This document shows, piece after piece, positions 1 to 11,754 of a stretch of DNA of 64,000 nt. Under the pieces are notes generated by a model. It saw nothing but the letters and a program-made list of their open reading frames with translations, did not search any database and was not told the origin of the DNA. Position 1 is the first letter of the stretch, and each line of letters starts with the position of its first letter. The stretch lies in NCBI RefSeq assembly GCF_016433145.1, contig NC_058133.1:313053687-313117686 (forward strand), given 5' to 3'. Position numbers and translations under genes: made by a program. This DNA is from Gracilinanus agilis (lineage: Eukaryota).

Positions 1-76
1 GCTGAGGCCGGGTTTGAACCTAGGACCTCCTGTCTCTAGGCCTGACTCTCACTCCACTGAGCTACCCAGCTGCCCC
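1..76 (-). mobile_element. SINE1_Mdo-like SINE 5' part (cut by window edge)
   Basis: Reverse complement of GGGGCAGCTGGGTAGCTCAGTGG…GGTTCAAACC. Confidence 0.9.
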
Positions 77-83
77 CCATCTC

Positions 84-900
84 CACTTTTGAAAGTGTCT
101 GGAAAAGAATTGGAAATTGAAGAGCTGTCCTTCAGTTCAGGAATGGCTAAACAAATTGTGGCAATGAAATACTATTATGCTATAAGAAATGATAAACAGG
201 ATGACTTCAGTAAAAGCTGGAAAGTCTTTCATGGACTGATACAGACTGAAAAGCAGAACCAGGAGAAGATTGTGCACAGTAACTGACTGTAATAGAGTGA
301 TCTTGGACAATTTGGAAGGGCTTCTGACAAAGAATGCTCTCCACGTCCAGAGAAAGAACTGTTGGAGTTGGATGCAGATCTAAGCATACTATTTTTCACA
401 TTATTTATAGTTTTATTTTTGGGACTTTGGTTATGGGTCAGTATGGAAATATGTTTTGCTTAATATGTATAACTCAGATCAAATTGCTTACTGTCTCCAA
501 GAAGGGAGAGGGAAAGAAACAATTTTAATCTTAATAGTTCCAGAAACTATATATTGAAAATTGTTGCTTGACTAATCTCAGCAATACAATGATCTGGGAA
601 AACCTGAAAGACTTAGGACAGTGAATGCTATCCACTTCCAGAGAAAGAACTGTTGGAGTCCTCTTTCATATCAGTGAATATTTATGGTTTTATTTTGGTG
701 TTTTGGTTAAGTATGAGTTGGCTCTTACAACAATGACCAGTATAGAAATGTGTTTTGCATGACAATAAAAAATTTTTAAAAATCTTAATAATTTTTATTT
801 TTTAGAAAAGTTATCATGGTTACATGATTCATGTTCTTACTTTCCCCTTCACCCCCTAACCTCCTCCCCCACCATAGCCGATACGCATTTCCACTGGTAA
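84..900. mobile_element. Cluster of L1 3'-end fragments (plus ~84-775, minus ~780-900)
   Basis: ORF2 C-terminal/3'UTR text (gaaatactatt…ataagaaatgat; tccagagaaagaactgttggag) and antisense L1_Mdo tail (ggttacatgattcatgttc). Confidence 0.75.
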
Positions 901-2135
901 AAAAATTTTTAATTGTAATTATATGTAATTGGGGAAATAAAATATCTTTGAATAAAAAAAAAAAGATTCAGAGAAAAATAGATAGTTAAAAAAAGAAAGT
1001 GCCTGGAATGCTCTCCCTCCTTAACTCCTTTTATTTTAAAATAGATTTTTATTGATATCTTTTGTTTTTATATCAAGATTTTTTCCTATTTCTCTCCCTA
1101 TGCCAGAGAACCATCTCTTCTAACAAAGAATTTAGCTTAAAAGGGGAGTGGGGCAGGGAATCAGCAAAACTGAGCATTACATTATAAAAAAATCTGATTT
1201 TTACATACAATATTTCACACCTATGACTCCTCTTCCTCCACTTTTACAGAGAAAAAAAGGTAAGATGTCCTCTCATATCTTTTCTTTGGGATCAAGCTTG
1301 TTCTTTATTATTTCACAATAACCATTTTCACATATTTTATGGTGGTTCTTCTGGTTCTGCTTACTTTAGTTTATATCATCAGTTTATGTAGCCTTTGCAT
1401 GCATTTTCTATTCACTGTTTCTTATGGTACAATAATAGTACCTCTGTGTCTTAGAATCCTTGACCGAGGCTCAGCTCAGGTGCCACCGTCCCGATTTCCA
1501 TAGTTGTTGGTCACTTCCCTCCCCGATACTGTATGTTTATTTTGTATATATGCTAAGAGGCAGTGTGACGTTGTGGATAGAGAGACAGCCCTAGGTGAAA
1601 GACTTGGTCAAGTGTTACTTCTTGCCCACATGACACCTCTTTGGAGCTACAAATTACAGAGAAGGTAACTACTTGGTGTAGGTAAATAGAGCTCTCTGTA
1701 TCAATGACAGCATAGGTCCATTCCTCGTATCCTGACTCCAAATCTTAAGTTCACTTCTGCCTAGCACGGAGTAGACATTTTAAGAAGTGCTTGTCAATTG
1801 AATATTTAAAATAGAATTAAATGAACCACAGCTTATTTTTCCGTAGAATGTTCATCCTAAGGTGAATTAATGCTATTATGAATATACAGTAACATAGTCA
1901 ACGTTAAATTTTAAAGGAATAAGAATGTTTCATATGTTGTTCTGTTGTTCTTTGTGTTTTGTTTTATTTTCCATCCAAAGGATGGAGGGAAGGTTAAGTG
2001 GGATGGGAAGAAGAGTTAGAGCGGTCATAGAAAGGAACTCCAGAGAAAAGGGGAATGAAGAACAGACTAAACCTGTACAGTAATGGATTTGTCAAAACCT
2101 GCTACTTTGTTTCATTTTCTCCTAAAAGAGGAACC

Positions 2136-2278
2136 TTTCTGCTTTCGTTCAGTCTGGCTGCTTTCAAAGACAGACTTATTTGGTTCCTCCAATCAGTTGC
2201 ATTTGTTTCTGCTTTCGTTCAGTCTGGCTGCTTTCAAAGACAGACTTATTTGGTTCCTCCAATCAGTTGCATTTGTTT
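2136..2278 (+). repeat. Exact 70-bp tandem duplication
   Basis: 2136-2205 equals 2206-2275 (TTTCTGCTTTCGTTCAG…GTTGCATTTG), plus 3 bp. Confidence 0.97.
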
Positions 2279-2461
2279 GTTACTTGTGATCCTTCTAGGT
2301 GGAAAAAAATTTTTTTTCTAAAATTTGTTCAAGAGTTGAAGAAAATAAAGTTATAGAATTTTTTACAATATAAATCTTTCCACAGAGTTTCATTGACCCT
2401 GTTTCATGTGCTCCATGTGATTTGTGATTCCCTTATTTAGTAAACCTTTCGATATTTGTAG

Positions 2462-2580
2462 TGCTCTGGACATTTTGAAATATGAAGAAGTTGACATGAC
2501 AATGTTAGCAAAGGTTCTTCCAGAACCCTTGAAAAAGTTTGCTGAATGCCAAGAACTAATGAACAGGCTGAAAATAGAAG
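2462..2580 (+). CDS. MTO1: MTO1 (mitochondrial tRNA modification enzyme, GidA/MnmG family), third-last coding exon, 119 bp
   Basis: ttgtag| acceptor and |gtaaag donor; encodes [39 protein letters not shown], matching recalled human [39 protein letters not shown]; phase joins next exon. Confidence 0.95.
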
Positions 2581-3255
2581 GTAAAGTATGTTTCTTATTT
2601 TCCTAGGCTCTTTGAGGGCAGAAACAATTTCACTTTTGCCTTTGTTTCCCCAGCACCTGGCCCAATTCCTAGCAATAGGTATTTAATAAATACTTATTGA
2701 CTGAAGACAGCTTCCAGTCATGGTATTCTTCTTACAACCTTACAAGGTGTCATGATTCAGTGGTATTAATTTAGTATGGCCAATTTAATATGATAATATA
2801 ACAAATCTAAAACTCACTTAAGCTGTTTATGTTACATTCAGCAAACTTGGCCATTGATATTCTGCTAGATCTCAGTGTACCTTCTTCATGAAATATTCAC
2901 TGCTCAAAATTTTGAGAACCTTAAAAAATAGCTGCTCTCCATCAAAAGGTTGGGGACTCCTGGTGCTATGTTATGTGGAGCTATCATTTACCTACCTATC
3001 ATTGGATTAGGTTTAGATGTTATCTTCTCCAAATCTCTCATTTTAGGTTATTGCAATAGTCTAGGACAGAAGTGATGAAAACCACCCCCATGAAAATCTT
3101 GGGGCCAATAAGGCCCATGTGTTACCAGTCATCACAGAAAATGAATGAGAGCCAAAACCAGATTTCAAATCCAGTATTCCCCTATGTGCTGCTTCTAGAC
3201 ACCAAGGGAAATCTTAGTAAGTCACTTCTTTTCCCTCAATTAACATATACACATA

Positions 3256-3257
<2 letters not shown>

Positions 3258-3328
<71 letters not shown>
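3258..3328 (+). repeat. (CA)~35 microsatellite in MTO1 intron
   Basis: Uninterrupted AC run of ~71 bp. Confidence 0.98.
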
Positions 3329-3329
<1 letters not shown>

Positions 3330-3399
3330 CTTACCTCAGACAGATTAGTGATAGGAACAGATAATATTCAAACTTTTGTCTTGATTATAACATCAGAGC

Positions 3400-5017
3400 A
3401 CTAGTCATTGATTATTACCAAGAGTAATTTCATGCCTTTTCACAGCCTCTCCTCCCAAATGATATTTCCATATCTACATAAGATCACAGTAATTAAAGCT
3501 GTAAGGGACCTCAGAGGTGAAGTTTGGGGAGATGATTTCTCTTCTTTGCATAATAGGGATCTATGTACCATTAAAATGGTTTTCCAAATTTATACTTCCA
3601 AAAGAAAAAAGTGCTTACTATGGCAAGCTATATGAGTATGCATCTTTTCCATCAATATTTTTCGTCCTAAGCTTTTTGTTTCTAGACTCATAATGATTCT
3701 TCAATATTTTTTCCCAGACCAGGAGAAAATCATTTAATTTACTACCACCACTAGATGTTTCTAGCTGAGAATTTGTCTTTTCCCATCCCAATATTCAATC
3801 TCAGAAATGGTCTAGTTACTAGCCCCCTTCCCCTACTGTCTCTGTAACAAGTAAAAGGTCCTTTTATTTCACAATTTTATTTTCCGAAGTGTGTTCCGTT
3901 ATGTCTAGCACATAAGACAGTGCCTGGTAGCACATAGAATGGGCACTTAATAAATGATGCTTGATTAATTGATTCGGAGCTTCAAGAATATATATATGTA
4001 TATGTTAGCTGTTAATTTAGAATTTGGAATGTGGTATTAAAACTGCTATTAAGCTGTTAATTAAAGTAATTGGTGGATTATCCCTTTAGCACCTCCTTCA
4101 GAAATCTTTACTGGGAATAGGTAGGTCTCACTCACCAGAAACTCACTTTAGGCCTATTTTGTATGGGTCATTATTGTGAAAACATTGATTCATAGTAAAG
4201 TTCAAAGTTTTGAAATATGAATTGAGGGACTGAGTATATTAACAAGCATTTGCATTTAGCAAATATATTTTTAGAAATCTTTGTTTAATTTTAATTCTGA
4301 TTCTTTCTTTCTTAAATGATGATGACATGCAGAATAATCTATAATAGCTGGGTATAATGTAACTTTTCTATTTCTCTTCTTCACCAGCCACTTATGAATT
4401 AAGCCTGATTCTTCAGCAACAGGAAATAGAGGAAGTTCAACGAGATGAAGCCCTTCAGCTCCCGGAAGATCTGGATTACTTAACTATCAGAGATGTTTCC
4501 TTGTCTGATGAAGTTCGAGAGAAGCTACATTCCAGTCGTCCACAGACAGTAAGTGACATGTGAAGGGAATCTGGTATGTATGTGGAAATAGCTTGAATTT
4601 TGTCATGAATATCAAGATGTCTTGGGCCATGTCACATTCCAAATTCTGACCCCAGGTTTCTGTTGAGTTCCTTTATCTTTGTATGGCAGAGTCTGAAACA
4701 AAGAACTTCTAGTCAAGAATTATGGCTCAAGAATAGTATTTATCAAGTACCAACAGTGTTATGTGCCTTCTCTTTAAAATGGTTTGTATTCAGAGCCTAA
4801 AAGAAACCAAATGAGAAGGCGTAGTGGGAAAAATACCAGCCCTTTGTATGGCCTACTAGAGTTCTCTGGCCATTTATAAAATAAAATGTTTGAACTTCAC
4901 CTCTAAGGTCTCTTACAGCTTTAATTGCTGTGATCTTATGTGGGTATAGAAATATCATTTGGGAGGAGGGACTGTGAAAAGGCATGAAATTATTCTTGGT
5001 AATAATCACTGATTAGT
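3400..5017. repeat. 125-bp inverted repeat pair (3400-3524 / 4893-5017)
   Basis: Ungapped manual alignment, 114/125 identical. Confidence 0.95.
4388..4548 (+). CDS. MTO1: MTO1 penultimate coding exon, 161 bp
   Basis: tcaccag| ... |gtaagt; encodes (A)[53 protein letters not shown] (GidA C-terminal domain). Confidence 0.97.
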
Positions 5018-5293
5018 AATTTCAGATGAAGGGTAGCATGCAGTAGTAGATAGAAGTTGGGACCTCAAGAGGCAAGAAGACCTGGATGGACGATAGTCCT
5101 ATTTCCCAAAGATAGGGGCTTTGTGACTTTAGGCAAGTAACTTGATCTCCAAGTGTCCCCAAGAGCCGCCTATGCCAGCAAAATCACAGGTTTTATCCCC
5201 TTCACCTTTTCCTTTCTCTCTCTTCCCCCACACACAAAAAATCACTGAAATTAGGCATTATTTATTTAATACACACTGCATAGCCTTTCTGTT

Positions 5294-5445
5294 GGTGTGA
5301 AACTCAAATAGAAACTGACTTAGAAAACCTAAATCTGTTGTGTTATATTTTTATTTATTTTGTTAAATGCTTCCCAGTTACATTTTAATGTGATCTTGGG
5401 GGCTGCCCCAATCAGCTCCTGTAGAGACTATTTGCCACAGGCAGA
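5294..5445 (+). mobile_element. Older marsupial hAT/Charlie MITE, degenerate copy
   Basis: gtgtgaaactcaaatagaaac…gacttagaaaac…ttattttgttaaat…ttacattttaat, shared with copies at 33.5 and 43.7 kb. Confidence 0.55.
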
Positions 5446-5604
5446 CTTTTTTTCCTTAGCTTACTAAAAGGGGGAATATACTGGATATATATGAGGTATG
5501 CTAGAAAGAGGTGAATTTTGATAAATGTTGGCACTGCCAATACTGTAGATTTTGTGGACTGACATTTTCTGCAGATCTGATGTTCTTTAATCTATCTTCT
5601 AGAG

Positions 5605-5807
5605 CAGTGATGGGCAAACTTTTTAAAGACGGGCCAAAGGAAAGGAAATACTTATCTGTCAGTCTGTTTCTAAGGCAGCTCTTTCGAAATTTCATTGTAT
5701 TTTATCCTACTCATTGTATTTGTCAGATGAGGAATAATGTCGCCAGGCTGGATAGAACATTTCAGGGGGCCACATCTGGCCCACGGGCTGTAGTTTGCCC
5801 ATCACTG
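5605..5807. mobile_element. hAT/Charlie-family MITE (OposCharlie-type), 203 bp
   Basis: Perfect 16-bp TIRs CAGTGATGGGCAAACT...AGTTTGCCCATCACTG; 8-bp TSD TTCTAGAG/ATCTAGAT (6/8, nTCTAGAn hAT target). Confidence 0.9.
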
Positions 5808-6104
5808 ATCTAGATTATTAGACTTAGGGATTTAGGCAGTGCATAGCATCTTGCTTCAAATAATTTAAAATTGCTTAGTTATTCTAAACAGAGCAAGATG
5901 AAGAACACTAGTGCTTTTAACCCCACCCTCACTGCCCTATCTTTCATATTATATGCAGAAACAACTGCCTAATCCTAGTTCAGATCTTTTCATAGTCATT
6001 TATTTTTCTATAAAATAAAATCTATATTCCTATAATTTATATAAAATATAAATGCCTATTTAAGTTTTATCTAGCTAATTTTGCAAAAGTTAAGTATTAG
6101 GGTT

Positions 6105-6279
6105 TTGTTTTTTTTAAACCCTTACCTTGATTCCAAGGCAGAAGAGTGGTAAGGGCTAGTCAATGGGAGTTAAGAGACTTTCCCAGGTCACACAGCTAGG
6201 AAGTGTCTGAGGTCAGATTTGAACCCAGGACCTCCTGTCTCTGGACCTAACTCAATCCATTGAGCCACCCAGCTGCCTC
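6105..6279 (-). mobile_element. SINE1_Mdo-like SINE in last MTO1 intron
   Basis: poly-T, aaacccttacc…gtcacacagctaggaagtgtctgagg…cagctgcc. Confidence 0.85.
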
Positions 6280-6439
6280 CTAAATGTTATTGTTAGCAAA
6301 TGCATTTACCATTTTTTCACTGCTACATTATTAGTATTTGTTATAATGGCCTCTAAACAACTGATTAATTGTACATGTTTGGGAAAGGGTACTCTTTAGT
6401 TGTTAGTACTCATTTTCACAATAGAATTAGGGATATTAA

Positions 6440-6620
6440 TAGAACCCTAGACCTGGAGTCAGGAAAACCTATGTTCAAATCCAACCTTACACACTAGCTC
6501 TGTGACCCTGAACAAGTCACCTAACCTCTTTCTGCTTCACTTTCCTCATCTATAAATTGAAGATAATAGAACCTACCTCCCAGAGTTGTGTTAATGAAGA
6601 TTAAACAAGACAGTATTTAA
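6440..6620 (+). mobile_element. MIR-type CORE-SINE
   Basis: gacctggagtcaggaaaacc…ctgtgaccctgaacaagtcacctaacctct…tttcctcatctataaa. Confidence 0.75.
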
Positions 6621-6724
6621 TATTATATATTATTCATCATTAATCCTAATAAATACTTTACAGATGTTAAAGCACAGCAATTATGTTGATGGCTTTGTGT
6701 TTATTTACTTTTTTCATTTCTTAG

Positions 6725-6886
6725 ATTGGAGCTGCTAGTCGAATACCTGGGATGACTCCTGCTGCCATTTTAAATCTTCTCAGATTTGTAAAGACTACCA
6801 AGCAAAAAGAGGAATCTGTAGATAAACTCTCACTAAGTGGTCAAAGCTTAAGTGAAACAGACAGACTTCAAAAGATAGAATTATAA
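6725..6886 (+). CDS. MTO1: MTO1 last coding exon to stop codon
   Basis: tttcttag| acceptor; [56 protein letters not shown] at 6884-6886; [13 protein letters not shown] motif of GidA family. Confidence 0.97.
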   Translation: MGAASRIPGMTPAAILNLLRFVKTTKQKEESVDKLSLSGQSLSETDRLQKIEL

Positions 6887-7029
6887 CATTTTATTTATAG
6901 AAGAATTTCTGAAGGACTGCTAATGCAGTTTCTTAAAGGAAAATATAAGAACTAATGTCTAACAGCTATCAAAGTATAATGTATATACTCTATTAGATCA
7001 TTGTGGGATAATTTCAATAGAAGAACTAA

Positions 7030-7500
7030 AAAGTATCCTTTTAAGTAACTTGAATTATGGTTTTGAAGAGATAGTTAAGAAGAAACTATTCAAGAAAATT
7101 GGAAAGTCTTATATGAATCAAATGCAAGGGGAAGTGAGAACGATTTATACAATGACAACAGCATTATAGAGAAAAAAACTTTGAGAGACATGAGAATTCT
7201 GGTCAAGGCAATGATAGACCATGATTCCAGAGGAATGAAGATGAAGCCCCCCTAACCTCCCCTTAGCCGATACAATTCCTCTGGGTTTTACATGTGTCAT
7301 TGATCAAGGCCTAATACCCACTTTTTTTTAACAGAATGATGATGAACTAAAAATAGGTAATGAAACATGCATTTCTGAACATTAGCCCCATGAAGGAACT
7401 TGTCTTTGCTATTTAAAAGGTTTTGGGTTTTTTCTTTTTGTTTGTTCAATAGAGGAAGGAAATGTTGAAAATCTTTTATTAGATAAACCAATTTACATGA
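7030..7500. mobile_element. L1 fragments in the presumptive MTO1 3'UTR (plus 7030-7245, minus 7245-7500)
   Basis: ggaaagtcttatatgaa…gcaaggggaagtgagaac…; ccccttagccgatacaattcc…gggttttacatgtgtcattgatcaag. Confidence 0.65.
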
Positions 7501-7938
7501 CCTCTAAGTCCTATGTCCAATTTTGTAGTGATGTGACAAACCCAAAGTTCAGTGTTACTCCTTCCCAGAGCACCTTATTCTCTGAGAAATGCTTGAGAAT
7601 TGCCTTTTTTTTGGTAATTTCTAGAACCTAATTCACCTCCAATTTTAGCTTTTGAACTTCCTTTGACACTCTGTACTGCACTTCTGTGCCATTTGGCTCA
7701 AGGGTGCACTAAATTGCTTTTTATGTTTTACATGTTGCTATATTTAGGTTCCTAGACCACAAATGTCTTAGGAAAATCCACAGAAATTCCTATGGTCACT
7801 TCACTCAACACCAACTGCTCCATGGAATTCTTTATATCTTTCTTACAACATTGACCAGATTATCACAGGAGTTTGCTGCACTCGTGATTTCCTTCATATA
7901 CCACATGCCACTGCTAAGTAGTTGGGAATTGGCCAGGT

Positions 7939-7962
7939 ATTAAAGTTCTCTGAGAAAATAAA
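7939..7962 (+). terminator. MTO1: Candidate MTO1 polyadenylation signals (ATTAAA 7939-7944, AATAAA 7957-7962)
   Basis: First canonical hexamers I found after the stop, followed by U-rich sequence; use not demonstrable from sequence. Confidence 0.45.
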
Positions 7963-8614
7963 AAGCAGAAACAACTGAAAAATATTTTAGGCTTCTTTAT
8001 TTAATACATAAAGTATAGTTTTGAAGCGGAAACTTGTATTTTAAATTAGAATTATAAGCTATAGTGAAACTGCCCTCATAGTGAAATTACTAATGATTGG
8101 CAGAGCTTTCAGCCATTTATTTAATGACCCAGTTTTCAGAAAAAGCAAAATAAGTAGCTAGACCTTTGTACTTTTACCAAAATTGAGCAACTTTAGACTC
8201 CAGGAATTGTGAGTGCCAAACCCCGTCCTCTTTAAGATGTGCCCATGTTTTCTATTAGAATGGTTAAAATCCTGTTATTTACTGTTAAAAGGCACAAAGT
8301 CCTAAGAGTTAAGGAAAATTTAAGGTCCAACATGCTTTGTGGTGCAGGAAACCTCTTCACATCCTTTACACATAGGCTTAGACTGGGCACTCATTTCAGA
8401 ATAATATTGCTCTATAAAGCGGGCTGTTTTAAGGGGAAACTGCGGAATAGTTGTTCAAGTAGCTAGATTTAGAGTCAAGACCTGGGTGTAAATCCTACCT
8501 TGAGTGTTTACTACATGTTTGATCTTGGGCAAAATACTTTAATTCTCTGGGCCTCAGTTTTCTCATATTTAAGTTTATGCTATCTAAAATCCCAGCTCTA
8601 AAACTATGACATTA

Positions 8615-9010
8615 TTTTTTTTATTTTTATTTAATTTTGAATATTTCCTCATAGTTATATGTTTCATGTTCTTTCCCTCTCCCCCAAACCCCGCTAATCT
8701 CCCCTTAGCCGACGCACAATTCCCCTGGGTTTTACATGTATCCTTGATCGAGGCCTAATTCCATATTATTGATAGTTGGACTAGAGTTATCATTTAGTGT
8801 CTTCACCCCCAAAAATATCCCCATCAGCCCATGTGTTCAAGCAGTTGTTTTTCTTCTGTGTTTCTCCTCCCACAGTTCTTCCTCTGAATGTGGCTAATTT
8901 TCTTTCTCATAAGTCCCTCAGCCTTGCTCTGGATCCTTACATTGCTGCTAGTAGAGAAGTCCATTATGTCGATTGTACCAAAATGTATCATAAAACTATG
9001 ACCTTATGAT
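8615..9010 (-). mobile_element. L1_Mdo-type 3' end
   Basis: T-rich tail then gttcaagcagttgtttttcttctgtgtttctcctcccacagttcttcctctgaatgtgg. Confidence 0.85.
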
Positions 9011-10019
9011 CATGAAAAACAAATAGACTGAGTAATGAAGCTGCAATGGGCATCCCACCAAATAGTAGCCAGCTTTTATGCAGGCTCCTTTTGTTTCCTC
9101 TTCCACACCCTCAGGAAAGGGCAAGCTCTAACTATTGCTTTCTACTGTACTTTGAAACCCACCCACAGAGTTGAGATTCCTACCGAGGTTCTACCATTTA
9201 CCCTATCTAGGTTTCCCAAAGCAGGGCTCCTGGACTGCGGGAAAGGTGCAAACACTAGGTGGCCCATAGGCAAGACATATAGGTAAGAGAAAGTTTACCT
9301 GCTTCTATGAGACAATGAAAGGATGAGAAAGAAATGTAGCTGTTTGGATATAAGCAGAAATTATATATAGATATATTTTGAAAGCAGCCTCAATCTTCAG
9401 TTCAAATATTCCATAGTTCTTACAATATTCTTTTGAAATGGGAAAAAATAGTTATCAGTTTCTGGCAAATGACAGGTGCTTAGAAAGTGTTGATCATTAA
9501 CCATAATTGACTGATGGGGAAATAAGAATAAGTAAAAGAATAAACTAGGATAGAACTGGTTCCCTGGTTGAGCTCCCTCCTTTTTTTAATAAATACTTCA
9601 TAATCATTTCCTAAATATTCACAGAAATTTGCTACAAAGGTACAAATGATTCAAATTCACAGTTATCCCCAATCCTCAACTTACAGTTTCAACCTCCTTC
9701 TACTCTGAAATTTGCCAAGCCTAATCTATAAGAATGGAGTGCAAAGGAGAGGGAAAGAACATGAAATATGGGAAAATATTCAAAATAAAACCTTCCCTCA
9801 AAAAAAGAATGGAGTGCAAGATTTGAATTTTCCATTATTTCCTTGTATTTTTTTTTCCTCTTTTGCTATTCCCAAGGCAGAGCTGCTAATAAATAATGAA
9901 AAATTAAACTAGAAATGCCAAACGAGGAAAATAAGTCCATCAATAGTTACTAATGATATTCCCATTTGAAGACTTACTTCTGTCTTCACAGAGAACTTTG
10001 AAGCAACTTAACAGATTTT

Positions 10020-10440
10020 CAGTAGTTCCTATGAGCAAACTAATACACTGCTGGTGGAAATAGGAATGGTCCATTCTGGAAAGCAATTTGGAATTGTGCT
10101 TTTTAAAAATGGCTAACATATCCATATCCTTTGACCTAAAAATCCACTGCTAGGTATATATATCACAAAGCCATCAAAGACAAACAGATGAAAGTCCCAT
10201 ATACAACAGTGTAATCATGAATAGGACTTTTTGTGGTGACAAAGAATTGGAAATAATGTAGATGCCTGTTGATGAGAAGTGACTAAAGAAATTGTGGTAT
10301 GCAGATGTAACGGAATTAATTTTCCTTAAGAAATTATGAAGAATTTTGAAAAGCATGGGAAGACTCATGAAATGATGCAGGGTGAGGTAATAAGAACCAG
10401 GAAAAATACCTAAAATTGTAACAGTAGATGTAATCAGGGA
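10020..10440 (+). mobile_element. Old L1 ORF2 3' fragment
   Basis: gcaatttggaatt…atatcctttgacc…ctgctaggtatata…tttgtggtgacaaagaattggaaa. Confidence 0.75.
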
Positions 10441-10483
10441 TGGGGTGGAAGTATGCCTTTTAATTAAAAATGACCTTGCTTGG

Positions 10484-10694
10484 GGGGCAGCTGAGTAGCT
10501 CAGTTGATTGAGAGTCAGGCCTAGAGACGGGATGTCCTAGGTTCAAATCTGGCCTCAGACACTTCCCAGCTGTGTGACCCTGGGCAAGTCACTTGACCTC
10601 CATTGCCTACCCTTACCACTCTTCTGCCTTGGAGACAATACACAGTATTGACTCCAAGATGGAAGGTAAGGGTTTAAAAAAAAAAAAAAAAAAA
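10484..10694 (+). mobile_element. SINE1_Mdo-like SINE, full length
   Basis: A-tail; 12-bp TSD GACCTTGCTTGG (10472-10483 / 10695-10706). Confidence 0.92.
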
Positions 10695-11094
10695 GACCTT
10701 GCTTGGCCAAAAAGGGGAAAATGCACCTCTTTCCCTCCCTTCTTTGCACTAGTAGGAAACTGGGTGTGGAACATCACATGTACCGTCAGGCTTGACAGGT
10801 GTGTTGGTGAGTTTTATTCAGCTGCTTTTTTCTTTTTACTCAACCTCTTTTTTCCCTTCTGTTTGATATAATAGATAGCTTTTTGGCTAAGAAAGGAAGA
10901 GAGATATCTCAAAATAAAGGTGACAAAAACAAAAGATATGAAGGAAAAAATTTTAAGTCGTTGTGGCTGATCACCCTGAAGCCAACCTAAAATGAGCCTT
11001 TTTGCACATAGACTTTGGAATCTTAGGCAAATGTTAGAATATCAAGTCCATCACCAGGCCGTCACTGGAAGCATTTCCAGGTTGGCAGACTTAG

Positions 11095-11395
11095 GAGAAC
11101 ACTATCCACATCCAGAGAAAGAACTGTGGGAGTGGAAACACAGAAGAAAAACATAGGATCGGTCACATGGTTTGATGGCGATTTGATTGGGGATTCTGGC
11201 TTTATAAATAATCACTCTGTTGCAAATATGAATAATATGGAAATAGGTTTTAAACAATGATACATGTATAACCCAGTGAAACTGCTTGTCAGCTCCGGGA
11301 GGGGGAGGGAATGAACATGAATCATGTAACCATAGGAAAATATTAATTAATTAGTTTCAAATTTTTAAAAGAGCAAATTTTTTTTTAAAAAGAGG
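11095..11395 (+). mobile_element. L1 3'UTR fragment
   Basis: cactatccacatccagagaaagaactgtgggagtggaaacacagaagaaaaac…catgaatcatgtaacc. Confidence 0.8.
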
Positions 11396-11556
11396 AATAA
11401 AAAGGTTGAACCCTGATTCTGTGTTTTGAGACACACAGAGAGAATGCTCAATAACTTGAGCTCCACCCTCCTGCCCCACTCTGAAAATCTACAATTCAAG
11501 GTTCATACTACATCATCTTTTAGCTCCTGCAGCCGTTTTCTTTCTTTCTTTCTTTC

Positions 11557-11754
11557 TTTTTTTTTTTAAACCCTTAACTTCCATCTTGGAGTCAATACTG
11601 TGTATTGGCTCCGAGGCAGAAGAAGGGCTAGGCAATGGGGGTCAAGTGACTTGCCCAGAGTCACACGGCTGGAAAGTGTCTGAGGCCAAATTTGAACCTA
11701 GGACCTCCCATCTCTAGGCCTGGCTCTCAATCCACTGAGCTACCCAGCTGCCCC
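11557..11754 (-). mobile_element. SINE1_Mdo-like SINE
   Basis: Full-length antisense match with poly-T. Confidence 0.9.

Noticed and set aside
1-2461. Further upstream MTO1 exons; CpG-containing snippet at ~1450-1530
   Set aside because: No MTO1-like translation found; the snippet has no supportable identity.
3072-3404. ORF containing THTHTH
   Set aside because: Translation of the (CA)n microsatellite.
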